Shown here piece after piece: positions 1 through 13,900 of a stretch of DNA of 64,000 bases (position 1 is the stretch's first letter; the number at the start of each line of letters is the position of its first letter). This DNA comes from Trichoplax adhaerens (lineage: Eukaryota; Animalia; Placozoa). The position numbers and the translations under genes are program-made. The notes under the pieces are model-generated. The model was not told the origin of the DNA. It did not search any database and worked only from the letters and a program-made list of their open reading frames with translations. Where the stretch lies: NCBI RefSeq assembly GCF_000150275.1, contig NW_002060943.1, forward strand, positions 4,236,008 to 4,300,007, given 5' to 3'.

Positions 1-57
1 TACTTCTTTACTGGAGTAAAAGAATAACTCAGTTTTGCTTTCTTATTATACTTTAAG

Positions 58-1684
58 ATATAAAAGGTATCTCAACTTATCTACTTAAATTTGATATTCC
101 AGCCAAATACCGTGTAATTATGTGGGAACTGCTATTAGGTAAGTTACTTTGTAAACCATTGTAAGTGATGCTTTAATAACCATTAATTGAATAAATTAGT
201 ATTTACTTTAAAGTATTTATACTGTAGTGTAACTATTTCACAGTACTCATTCAGAAAGCAAAATATTTGCTAATAGTTGCAATGTGATCTCATCGATTTC
301 GGATATCGATGATAGTATAAGTGTTACTGAAAGAAAAGATTGAATGTTCCTAAGCCTACTTATACTAGAAATAATAATACAATAAATTGATACCAGTAAA
401 GCTTATTTATTCTCAGGATATAGCATTACTTCATATAGGAATTTTACCGAAACACCGAGAATGTCATACATTTATAACGACTCAGTTAAAGGAATCATAT
501 CATGATCTTAAACGTGCGGCTTTGATTACGAATAAATCTGTTGACGAATCCAACAAGCCCAATTTGTTAATTAGCGTTTACTCATTAGAGCAAAATATTA
601 ACCTAAATACTTATCAGGCAAGTATTACATTACTTTGATTATATTATTATACATAACAACGATTTTAATACCATAGATTACGAAATAGCATTCTAACGGG
701 CTAAATTACATCCTTTTCATAAATATTTGCTCTTTAAATTCGTATAGGATTTTTATACTGTGAGTGAACCTATAAAACCGCTTGCCCGGTTAATTTTTAA
801 TGTTGTTAAGCTAGAAGAAGAAGCCTATATGATATTTCGCTCGTTTGTAAAGTTACAGCAAAAGTGGTCAACATATACGAAGGCATTGGTAAATTTTCAG
901 TTATTATGCATCTTTCACTGTACTACAATGTCGTTGCAAAATGATATTATTAGCAGATGGCTGTACTCCATGACTTGCTAGACTATGAATGCTTGTGTAA
1001 ATAATTAATTTTATTGCTTCTTTGCTGCTATATTAATGTTTTAAATTATTTTAGCAACTTCAAATGCAACACTTCCTGGAGCTAGAAGACCACGATCTTT
1101 ATCAATTTCTTGATAGCTCAAAGATTCTACCGTCATTGCCACTCTCAGAGTAATGAACATCAAACTCTATACACTTATTTGCACATTCGAAAGTAATGTA
1201 TACTGGAAAACACTTAAAGCCAGCTTATTGTCTTTAACTTTAATTTTATATAGGTGGTTTGAAACCTGTTATGCTGGAATACTACAAGATTCTACATTAC
1301 ATCGGTAGTGATTTTGTTCATTGAATGATATGTAAATCATCCTATTATGTTAACGACTGCAATAAAAAATTTTGACATATGTGTTATAGGATCCTGGATA
1401 AAGTTATCGCTGGTTCCAGACTTATTTTGTTGTTTGTAGCTATTACTATTTTGATATCTTTCAAAGAATCTATTATGACATGCAACGAAATCGAAATGCT
1501 ACCTAAAATAGTCAATGTATGTCACCTAACCTTGAAAAAATAATGTTAGCAATTGTTGTTTATAGCATTCAATTGCATTATCTGACACGTTATCATACTT
1601 AAATAGATTCCCTATGACAGAAGTGAAGCCATAGCGGCAAAATCGATCGAAACTTGGGAGAGATATGGAAGCTTATTAATATAG
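58..1684 (+). CDS. TBC1D7: TBC1 domain family member 7 (TSC-complex subunit), 5'-truncated by the window edge; 7 exons visible
   Basis: Phase-consistent exons 58-138, 439-617, 748-888, 1055-1149, 1254-1304, 1390-1516 and 1607-1684 (TAG). They translate to ...IPAKYRVIMWELLLGILPKHRECH...FLELEDHDLYQFL...WFETCYAGILQDSTLHRILDKVIAGSRLILLFVA...IPYDRSEAIAAKSIETWERYG. This matches recalled TBC1D7 motifs ([38 protein letters not shown], AIDLW). Confidence 0.9.
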
Positions 1685-4600
1685 CAAGTAAAAGTTGTAC
1701 GTTAAATGATACAATCTGTAATATTTATTAGCTTGGGTAACGTAGCAGAATAATCGTTAGGCTACTGTCTATATTGTCATTTAATGTTGAATTAGATGTT
1801 TTATAACTTATACAACGCGTTATTATTATAACAGGAGAAATTTTTTATAATCAATGACCGTCAAACTGGTTATTACCTTTGCAAAAATCCTTCTATTTTA
1901 TAGGTCCAAAAGGTGTAATTACAGTATATTATATTTTATTGATGATTACAATTAATCAGTTCCATTATATTTGTAATTTACTGTTAGTTAACATTTTATT
2001 TTATTGAATCGAAGTAGATCTATTCGTACAAGATGGATAAACTTGTAATTGTTCTATCAAGGTATTGATATGTGTAGTACGTATAGATATGATGTCTAGT
2101 TGCCTGTCTGTCGCTACTACAGTACGCTGATCCAGAAGTCGGTGCATGCGTAGCTATTAAAAAATTGGAGGTATATCTTTAGTTGTAGATACTGTCACCT
2201 ACATAGAAAAATACACAATTTATTGATATTTTGCAGTTACAGTGATTACATAAAAGACAATTCCAATTGGAGCGTTGCTTCAACTAGTTATTAAAAATGA
2301 ATTTCGTCTTATTGCCTACATGTACTCTGAAAATTTCATATACACTGTGAATATGGTTTTCTTGCAATGTATGTGATATGCAACTTTTTACACACACTGC
2401 GCTAGCAATACTCGTTTTTAGTATCTTGTACTGAAAATAACGGATAATAGGACACTATATAGAATATTGATCTATTAAGAAGTTAGATGTTTCAAACTTA
2501 AGCATGTATAGGTAATATAAAGTGTTAGCAAACTTTACAATTACGGAATTAATAAAATAATGCTTTTTAGACTGCATAGGACATATTTACTTATGTAATG
2601 TATATGCCTGAAATGCTGTAATGACAGGTTTCACTTAAAATTATTTGACTATCAAATACGTTGAATCTGGAATGAGGCGTGGGTGTTTGACTTTTGCCCG
2701 CAAAACATGGCATTTATGCGTCATTCTATGTCAATGATAAATGCGCATTGAAATTCTTATTGTTCATAGCTGTTAAACGACAACTGTCTTTCACCGAAAC
2801 TGCTGTTATGAATTTTATACTGCAAGTATAAAATTTAACTGTTCACCAGGATAGTCATTACATGTGCAGATGGTCTCGATGTGAAGGATAATGCAAACTT
2901 AGGCGATACCTTACTGACCTAACCATCTTTGTTTAAATAGCATTATTTGCATATCGTTAAATTACCCGAATTTGGCGATGTTTGCTGAAGCTTTGCTCGA
3001 CTCTATTAAAGTTGGAATTTGGAATAGGTACAGCTGTTTATTCTTGAAATTTGGACGTTGAGATTTGAACTATATCTGTTTTAGGGAGCTAGTGCAAATT
3101 TGTAGTAGGGTATCTGATCGGAATTTGTAAAACTGCGGAAGATTCGATTAACTTAGGTTATTTTAATCATTCTTCTAGCTACTTACATCTATGATTATAG
3201 CCTTACTAATAAGGCGAGATCAATATATTTGACCTTAGTTTCTTATTTGCGGCCATTATTAATTGGAGGTAACAGATGAAGTCATTTGTTGACGTTTTGC
3301 TAAATCCTGACGTATGAAAATTGCGTAAATGCAGTTCAAATTGAGGCCATTTCTTACTTTTAAAAGGTTCTAGAAATGTTATTGTAAACAATTATCTACA
3401 ATAATATGACTGTAGATCTGAATTAAGTAATTTTATATTTTTGAAAGCGATTACTAAGCTGCAGCGTTATAGCAAAACTAGATTGCATGTGCATACAGCA
3501 TAGTTAATATCGAATACATAAATGATCCTTGTGCCCCAGTTCTTTACTTGATTATAAGCAGATTAGACTGGAACATACTAATCTATCTACTAAATTGATG
3601 TAGATGTAGCCATTCTGATCAAAGCTATCCTAGAATATTCTATCTGTAATAGGTGATTTCCTAGCAAACTAACGATCACTATTCTAGATTGTATTCTCTC
3701 TTAATTTCTTTAGTTCACATGTCAGTTTTTTATTCTTCTATCATTGTCTTGTTTGCATATTTTATTGTGATGGTCAGTATCAACAAACCGCCCCTTGTCT
3801 ATTATACTATCATTGTACAAGGCAGTGAGAAAGCATCTACGGCAATATGCTGTGAAATTATTAACCGGCAAAGCTATAGAAGATAACCTTAAAATGTTCG
3901 TCTAGTCAATGAGAATAACAATCATTGATCAGCATAACTCCTTCCCCTTACTATGACGTCAGGTAGGCCATTAATACGCAAAGTGATTATGCTAATTCGA
4001 GAAGTAGTTTAGACTAGAAGCATGGAAATGGCTATAATACAGCTATGCTAATGACTATCAATAGTGATCGATTTGGGGAATTACTTGATGACTGTAACGG
4101 AAAGCTAGAATAATAACTCAACGTATAGCATAGACAGCTCAGTTAGCCAATAGTTATTTTAATAATAATCATTGTTTCATTCGTCCATTACCTTTATATT
4201 AATAGATCATTTTAAAATGACTATTTTGTAATTAAAAGTATAACTATTGTATCCATTCTTAATTGGTAATTATTTTAGAAATTACATTGGCAACAGGGAG
4301 ATAACATCAATTTATCTATCGATTGAAAATTCAGAATTACTTTATTGTCACTGGTTACAACGTATTCTTGACTTGTGTGTATAACTTTTTATCTAGCATA
4401 TTAGTCTAATTTTTTTTATGATTTGCCTTTGTCTTCGTGACTGTACACAAAGGCAAGGTAGAATAAGGAGTACAAGGTGGACAAGAAATTAGTGTACGAT
4501 TAAGTTAATCACGTTTAAAACGTCATATTGATAACTTAATAGCAACCCCGTTGAGGAAAGTAGCGCAAGGTAAAACTTTATGATAGAAATTTTATATCTA

Positions 4601-4965
4601 AAGATTGAAAAATCGTCGTTTATTATTCAGTTTCTAGTACTAATCTTAATGTTAGGATACAATATTTCTCTATCAACATTGAGGATTCTGATTTTATTCA
4701 ATCATGGCTTCATTTTTTAGCATTGTTCGCTCCTTATTTTCTTATTGAATTCTCCTTAACCGATTCAAGAATACACATATACAAGCACTTCAATAGAATT
4801 GGGATCGTCGAGATCTCTTGGCTATTATCGTGTTAGCTCCAGCTAGCAATATTTTTTTGGCTACTTTAACCCATCCAAGTTGAAAAACCCACATCGATTT
4901 CGATTGAAATCCTGGTGACGATAAATTATACCGGTTGTTGCTGCAAGACTTCATGTTGGTCAGTC

Positions 4966-7900
4966 ATGGAAGACTTGTCAACGCAAGAAATGCATCACTT
5001 AATTCGGCAGAAATTACAAGAATTGTTCTCAATATGTGATCCAGATAATCAGGGCTATATCACACTCGATGATCTATTAGTTCAAAAAGATCAATTATCT
5101 ATTCCATCGGAACAAATGGGTATTATATTTGAGGCATTAGATAAAGATGGGCAGGGTTACCTGACGATGGAAGCATTTGTCGATGGCTTAAGTACTTATT
5201 TGAGCCAAAATTTAGGTGGTGGTACTCAATCTCATGGCCAAAATGAAGCAAGTACGGATGATAAAGAACACGCGTTGCCAAATGTTGAAAACATAAACCA
5301 AGAACAGGAGTTAACCACGTATAGAAATCATAATATAAATAGCCTCATCGCCAATGCTGAGTCGGCAATCGATCAGGAAGATACCGTCTTTGAATGTGAT
5401 TTAAGTGGCGATGCAACAACAGATGCTGAAATTGAGGAATTTCTATCGGAAATGGGAATGAGAAACAATGCAAAGTAAGTTGTTATATTACTGTTTTGCT
5501 TAGGGATATCCATTTGATTGATTTTTTTTTTCTGGGACCCTTTGAATCGAATGAAGCTATTGTGGAAATAATTCGATAATTTATATTAACGACCATATTA
5601 TCCATTTCACGAACTATGACTCATTCTACTTGAGATTATACATTTATCTTCTTATTTTAAAATTAGCTGCAGTCTATAACGGCGTGGTTCTCTAACAGCT
5701 AAGCCAACAATTTTAAATTAAATCACAGTCATATCGCCATCATTTTACTTGGCATTCTTCCCTTAGTTCATTCCTGACCATATTTTTAGTGAATAATTTG
5801 TTAGGGTAGAATTAGTTCAAAAACCAATTCCAATGTTCACATTTACAACGGTCTTTAAGTAATTCTGAATAAGTTTCTTCTAGCTATTAAGCTCTGATAC
5901 AAGGAACATACGAATATGACCATATTCAATTTACCTGTATTTTCATTAAAAACAGCCGAGGATTGGTTAATGATTTTATGGCTATTTCATATCCATATTG
6001 ATTTCTTTCTAAGAAATTACTTTGCATACTAAATACTCATTTTACTGCAATTCAGCATTCAAGAATTAATAATCAACTTTAATTCTACAGCAAATTAATT
6101 GGTTACTAAGATATTCTATAAATGATAGCTGCAGCAGATTAATCAACTAAACGTTAAATACACTCGGTTATTTCGATAGATTTTCAATAGATGATAGACA
6201 ATGATAGCAATGCAAGAGACGAGTCTGATTTGTAGTTTATATTATTTTTATATTCTGGAGTTATCTTTTCCCCTGCCATTTAGCACTTCATTTAACTCTA
6301 TATGATTTCCTTACTCAATACGAATTCGTAGCCATCGATGATCGTAGTCACTGCTTGATTAAATCAAGTAGTCGTACCTAATGTTTTATGATATTTCTAT
6401 TCATTTCCCGAGTACCTGATACGACGTGAGTACAAATCTGTACTTTAGGTGTCATCAATGAACATAGCTTAGTTTTAACCGCTGATTCGTGTTAACGTTG
6501 ATTTGTCAATTTCTATACTGTACTATGACAGGAAGAAGCCATATTTATCAGACTTCATGTTTGCGATTGGCGTATAACTTGTTAGTAGTAAACAAGAGCT
6601 GTGCCAAATTATCATCCCCACCTGGTCCTCATCTAGATTTTAGTCTTTAATATTATTTTATCATCGTCGTCCATTTCCAACAATCATGATCGTAAAGTCA
6701 GCTACGTATCTTGAAATACGTTGCATAATTCCCTAATCTCATTTTAAGTCTTGATAATAAGACAAAAAATCTTAAAAGCACGTTATTATCATTTACTGTT
6801 GCTGACAGTGCCTGCTGCTTTTATTATATGCATTATGAATCATCATTATTGTTGGCATTCTTTGTCATCTTTCAAGAAGTAAGCCAACCAGCTGCGTATA
6901 TCTTACACCTAATCCCCTAGATAAAGTGAATACTGTCGGATACATTTACAGTTAGTATGTCAATGGATCAAACATGCTACGTTAATCTTTTTCGATATTA
7001 ATAAAATTCCTTCCGCGAATGAATAGCTCGGAAGCAAGATGGGGGTCTTTGCCTGTGATTAGTGGACAACAACAGGATATAAACATCGTGGTCTAGATAT
7101 TATATAATTCATTTTAAATTTAACAGTGCCCTAATTGCTCAGGCCATAACGTTGACCGTCTGTGTATGGTAATTAATTGGAATTTATTTGCCTTTCTCTT
7201 AGCAATGAAAGCTTTAGCTGGCTACCGTATAGATCACTTTCCCTCAATTCATTACTGTACCCCAGTACTTAATTTTAATCTAATCCAAAATTTTACCTCG
7301 TTCTTGCCAAGGTTATCGAATAGACATTTGCTGCCAACATATTTCTATGTTACCCGAATTATCTCTTCCTTAAAAGTATAAAGTAGTCGGTGTAACATCT
7401 AAACTATTGATAACCCCACTAATCATTCTAAAAGCTTCCGCCAGTTATTGTCTACCTATGCAAAAATAATGTCACTAATATTTAAGATAAAAAACTTGCT
7501 ACATTTTATAGCTGTCTCAGGTGATCGTTTTTTATATTCATCTTACGTAATATTTATTTACTGAGTGCCGGTAAAAATTAATTCGACAAATGGGATGCGA
7601 CGATTAAATATCACTTAGATAATTAAAGCTACATAGATCATATAAGTTGTCAGTATTAGAAAATGTTAGATAAAATAAATTAAGCAGACAAGATCTTAAT
7701 ATCTTCGTCCGATATTATCTAGGAGCAAAATCATTGCGGAAGGCGCATACCGTACTTAATAATCATTACAAACAAATAGAAATTCGGGGTAGAATGCTGT
7801 ATACGTATTCTATTCGGAAATAGAATATACCGTATCACAAATTGAAACTCTTAAAATAATTTTCGATCTAATTTTATTCAGAACTTGAGGTTTCACATTA

Positions 7901-10900
7901 GTTTGGAAAAAGATATGATCGATAGCATCTTTGCAGACAGAGAAAAGTCAATTTTACTCGTAAAGAGAAATGTTGCATAAAAAGTCAAAGATAATTTATG
8001 AGTTCAAACTAGTTTGTTTTTTACTTTGGGTCTTTCAATTGCTCTATCCAGCCTAGCAATTGAACGTTACGGCACAGAAATAGAACAGAGAATTGAGAAA
8101 GAAAATTCTCAATTACAGACGATACTGTGCTTCGCTATATCAAAGAAATCATTAAATCATAATGTTAGATTGTATCTTCCGTAGAGTAGTTGTCATTATT
8201 TTTCACTGGATAGATTGCCACATCGCCCTGAGTTCTATTCGTGTAGCAGCTGCCATCTATTGGACTAGCAGTATATAGTCATGCTTATGCACATATGCAT
8301 ATTAGGATATTTAAGATGAGGGAAGATGTTATGGTGGGTGTATATTGCCTAGAATAGCAATCATTTTTTTCGTTTTAATACTGTAGATTGCCATGTCGTC
8401 CTCATTTCATTCGTAGAACTTCCCGATATGAATCGGCTATAGAGCTTAGCGATGAAAATGGCCATCGTGCAAGATTTTTTACATATGTATATCTGGACAT
8501 TTTAATGCGAGATGAGCGTTGATGTCACTTTTACACTAGATGTGTCAAAGTAAAAAAAGAGAAGGCTGGGTACAAAAGTCGATATTTCCGGTCAATATCA
8601 TCACTTGTCATTGCTTATTGCTTACTAATTTGAAAGAATTAATTAATACTCTATTTCGGATATCTTACTTGGGCCTGGTACATATTGATAGACAGATAAA
8701 ATATCGAATCCATCCCGACTGAACTATAAACTATCTTCAATACGGTGCCTACTGTCGCCAACATCTCTAGTCATTTTCCACAATAGATTAAATAATGATG
8801 AGAAAGAAATAATATGGTAAAGAGAAGGGTATTGTTTATTTATATCGTAATCCTATGATAAGATGTCATTTATTATTGTTACCTTAAGATCTGCTCCATT
8901 GATTGTCCGATACGACAACAACATTATTATCTTAACTATAATGTAACGGATCGGGCATTAGAGCACTGTATTTTAGTCGATGAATGAAGAAGGTCATTGG
9001 AGATTTGATTCCTTTCAAATCTAGTAATATCTTTTCGTTCTTTCTTTCTTAGCCTAACAATTAGTTAATTTCTGGGTTCTTTTACTCGTTAACTTTTCAA
9101 TACACGTCAAAGTGTATTAAAATACAAGCAGGAAACTTGGATAGTATCGATTCAGTAAGCGAATCACTCAAGGGAGGGTTTAACGGCATAAGTAGGGATG
9201 ACAGAATAATGTAAATGATCTTTTTTTTTTACAGTAAGACAACGGTATAACTTAATTACAAATCCTTATGTTACTCTTGATCGTAATATTATATTCGACG
9301 AACGTGAAAAGATGATAATATACAGTAATAGCTTTGAATAACTTGATTTTAGGAGCGTATTAACCCGTTGTTTTTATACATGAGTAATTGATGCGATAGG
9401 TAATGATGAAAAGGAATAGAGAGTATTAAAATACGAATCGTTTTCTAGTCTATTGGATATTGACGTGTTAGAAGTTTTCGATATATGAAGAGAAAATTAA
9501 TTTAATTAGCAGCATCCTATTTGGCTAAGATCCTTTTACCGTGACTACTTCCGGCGATGCTAAATCATATAAGTTCACATTTTGGGGAATAATTAGTAAT
9601 TGCAAGTAATCTATACGATCATGTTTGCAAACCATGTCAGTAGACAGCTTAGCTGACAAGATAACTCTAGTTTAACTGCTGATCTATATCAAGAAAATAC
9701 CATCTAGTAGCTAAATTACCGTTGAATATAAATTCTGTCTTAGATGCTTATTATGGGCGGCAGTTATTTGCTACTATTCTCATGTTTTCACCGTTGCAAT
9801 AGAATGATTAATCAATCACTAAATTTGGCTTCATTAATTATAGTAGCAGAATAGTGTCTTGAGCTAAACCTCAGGTGGCCTTATATTTATTTTCAGTGAT
9901 TTATGACTGAATAGAAATGTGGCCACTGATAATTAATTAATGAATAAGCCTATTAGCGGATGTTGATGTAGTAATAAGAAAATAATCATAAATTGTTCAG
10001 TATTACATGATGGGTAAATTGAAGACTTTCGTAAGAACTGAATATGATAATCATTACTTTATAGGTACGAGAAACTGCTAAAAATAATATGGCCAAAAGT
10101 CAGAAATGATCCTAATATGTCGCCGCTATTTGAAGAATTTGTTGAATTAGTTTTTCTCGATATTCAAGAAGCCAAGACTAACTCTGATCATTTAGAAAAT
10201 GCGCTAAGAAAGTAAGTGAAATACGAGCACATCGATGGCAGAACTATTATTATTTTGATATACCGGTATTATATGAGGTCTATTTATAGGGAATAAAAGT
10301 TGGACTTTATCTGCTATAGTTGTAGAAGATTTTACATGTAGCGTTATCGAGATATTTTTTTCGATCTAATTTCTTGTATTTAGCTTAAAATTCATTACTG
10401 TAATCAATTTAACTATAATAATCATGTACCACCAAAGATATTGTTCTCATAGCAAGACATGCGGTACTCGTATATAGGAAATATCAATTGATATTTAATT
10501 AAAATTTATGATAATGCTATTCATCAGTTGATATACACTTCTATTGAATACTCTTCTCTTTATTGCTACTATAGAATTAGTTTCTTCCATTGTAGCTTAT
10601 TGTACTATAGTATAGAATAAAAAAGTAATATTTTAAAGTTAATTGACTTCTAATTACCAGCAGTTTTAGTAGAGTAAGGTTTACTATTTGCTCTTGAAAG
10701 AATGATTCGATAGCTAACACTATGAAATAATGAAAACTTTATGCGGTGATCAAGCATTATTAATACTTCATTAGTAAAGAATAAAGAAATATTTTTTTAT
10801 TTTTGAAAATATTGATGATGTTTTGACCAAGTTAAGAATATAAATTTATGATATGCCCCGTGCTTAAATCTTCTTTCATATTTTTTGGAAAAATGTAGTA

Positions 10901-13900
10901 AATATGAAGAATACGACAATGCTATGAAGTCTTTATTTGATGAAATGGAAATACAAATCATTAAAGAGAGAGAAAAAGCTAAAAGAGAGGTACCGCAATA
11001 CCTGAATTACGGATTAAAATTAACTCTAACTGCTTAAGGAGATTAGATTTCAAAAGTTTCTTCTTTACTTTACTGCATATAGTTGTTACTTTCTTCAATT
11101 ACATATCGTGAAAAATTAACTTTATAACATGGTCGCTAAGACATATCATTACTTTTGGATCTATAGGAGGAGGTAAAGGAAAGAAAGATTCGCGAAAAAT
11201 TACAACAAGAACTAAACGAACGAAATAGATTATTACAAGAAGTCATTAACACCAAAGAAAAGGTGTGTAAACGTTATTGATACCCGTAATTATCGAGATA
11301 GAATCTTAGAAATAGCCATTAAACGTATATCCGAATCATATCGACATTGTCATAGCATACGGTGCAGAATATTAATATATCTCTTGTAAACTATGGATAC
11401 CCGTGCTTACTGAGATAGAATCTTAGGAATAGCTATTAAACATATATCGGAATCATATCAGCGTTATTGTCGTATACGATACAAAATATTAGCGTACTTT
11501 TGTAAACTTTTCGGTATTTTTCGAGTAAGGTTTATAGTAATAGTAATTTATATCTAGTTCGAATTAAATTATTATTAGTCATGTAAATATGTACAAACAT
11601 TGATATGATTGAGAAAGACTTTAATATTTGGTGTAATTAGTAACGTAATATCATGAAATAGTAGATATTTCCAGCTAAAGACCGTTTCTACACGTATACT
11701 AGAGTTTTAATATTTCCATTTTAACTCATTATTATACTAATTATAAAACACAGTTAAGACATAGGATAGAACAATTATCAAACGTGGAAGATGAACATAA
11801 AGAAGAAAAGGAACGATTACTGAAAGTAAGCATTGTATCCTATTGCACCTTCTCTACTACGTATATCTCGTAGATAGATCGTCATCCAAGGCTATCTATT
11901 ATCCTTGATTATTATGCTTGTACTACTACACTAGGAAAATCGAGATCTATCAAAATTATTAAAAGAATCACAAGAGATAGTTAAAGTTCGACAGAGAGAT
12001 ATAGAGAGATTAGCAGAGGAAAGTGAAAAGCAAAGAAAGGCTAGAATTAAGTATGCTCTTACTATTCTGTACTAGCCAAATCCTATCATTCATTTCTCCT
12101 AAAGCCTTAATTTTTACTTCGTAAGATGATAGTCAACATTTACAGCCTATCTCTGACTTATTGAAACTACTTACAGGACAACACTTCGTATGTCAGCTGG
12201 ATTAGCCAAAGAACATGAAAGCCTCAGGACGCAATTAACAAAATTACAGTAAGTAAAGCCAAAGCAATAGTTATCATGAATTAAAGTTTGAATGTAAATC
12301 AATGACAGTTAAAAGAATGCATTCCTTCAGGTAAGTATTTCTGTTCTATTTACTCCGAAATTTGCATGAGTAAATTCTCAGAATTTGCTTGTAGTTCTAT
12401 TTATATTTTAGTCCTATATACCATGTATACAGATCCATTATTCAATGTACAAGAGTGAGTAGTTGAGATTCGTTACAAATTTTCTTATTATTATCCGTTG
12501 AGAGATCTTTGTGTTGGATTAAGAGAAACTATCTCATTCGTATCTAAATAATCGATAATTTTTGTTTTTCTAATATGGGTATATCCTATGTGTAGTTAGC
12601 AATAATTGCTTTGCTCGTATGCCTGTTAATTGATATATGAATTTGTTAGCTACAGATTTTTAAATAATTTTTAATGCAATACTGACAATCTAAGTGATAT
12701 CATAACGATAGAACAGTTAAGGAAACTTTTTACTGGCAGTATTTCTACGCTAAATACTAAAAAAATAATCTTAGGGAAATGAATCAAAAATTAAGAGATG
12801 ATAAAGATGCATTAATACATGATAGTAGCCCTCCAGCTACAAATGGTAATCGGTCTATCCAGGTAAGCTAATCAAGATAGGGTGGAGAAAAATAAACTGG
12901 TAGTAAAGATTAGTGATCATAGCATTTAAAGATTAAAAATTTACAGGCCTCCATACTGCCAGACAGCTGGAAAGCTGAAAATCATTCACATATAAATGGA
13001 CAACAGAAGGGTAGTCCCACGTTAGCAAAGGTAACTATGATTGTATTGCACGTTATTTTGATCTTACATCTTTTTTTAGCTCACTAAAACTTAATTTCTT
13101 CAAATTTAGTTATGTCATATAATAATATGTCAAAAAATCGAGCTCTTCCTTTATATCTATCTTGATTTGTTTGCTAGAGATTAGTTGGTGGGAATCGTCC
13201 ATTGTCTAGAGCTGGTTCTTTAATGTCAAAGTATTTCCCTCATGGCCGAAAACGGCAAGAGTAAGTTAAGAGTAATGTAAAATTGTTTTATTCTTTCGTT
13301 TTGAAACGTTTAGCTATTTTTTTACCACGGATTTTTAATTTCAGAGAAGTAGTTAGGTATAAATGTCATTAATGGTACAATACAACTAGTTCAAACATTT
13401 CCTGTAATTTAGCCAACTCTATAATTTTTACAAGGCCTCTTCGATTACCTAATGAAGGTCAAGCCAAGCGTAACCTCTGATTTTAGAGAGAAATTCCCTC
13501 TAATTTTCGCTTTCTGCGATCGAATACAATAAATTGTGCTAGCTTATGATCCTATTTAATACGCTTTATTTGCGGCCTATTTCCATTTCTAAGATCGATC
13601 GCCATAAACTGTGTTAGTTTAAGATTTAATCTCCATATGTTTTACTTATTGTCAATTTCGCCTTCTGAGATCGAATACCATGAATTGCGCTAGTTTATGA
13701 TTCTATATTCATATGCTTTTACTTACTCCCAATTTCGCTTTCAAAGATCGAATGTCATAAATTTAGTTTATGATTTTATTTACATATGTTTTACTTACTG
13801 CCTATTTCGAGAGCGAATGTCATAAATTGCTCTAGTTTTTGATTTTACTATCATATGCTAAAATTACTACCTATTACGTTTTCTGAAATCGAATATGAAG

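Noticed and set aside
3954-3961. Palindromic CRE TGACGTCA ~1 kb upstream of the large-Rab ATG
   Set aside because: A single 8-mer can arise by chance in 64 kb, and there is no supporting evidence.
4915-4965. Cys-rich in-frame extension (GCCCKTSC) upstream of the large-Rab ATG
   Set aside because: It starts at GTG with a stop just upstream and has no AUG; most likely 5'UTR.
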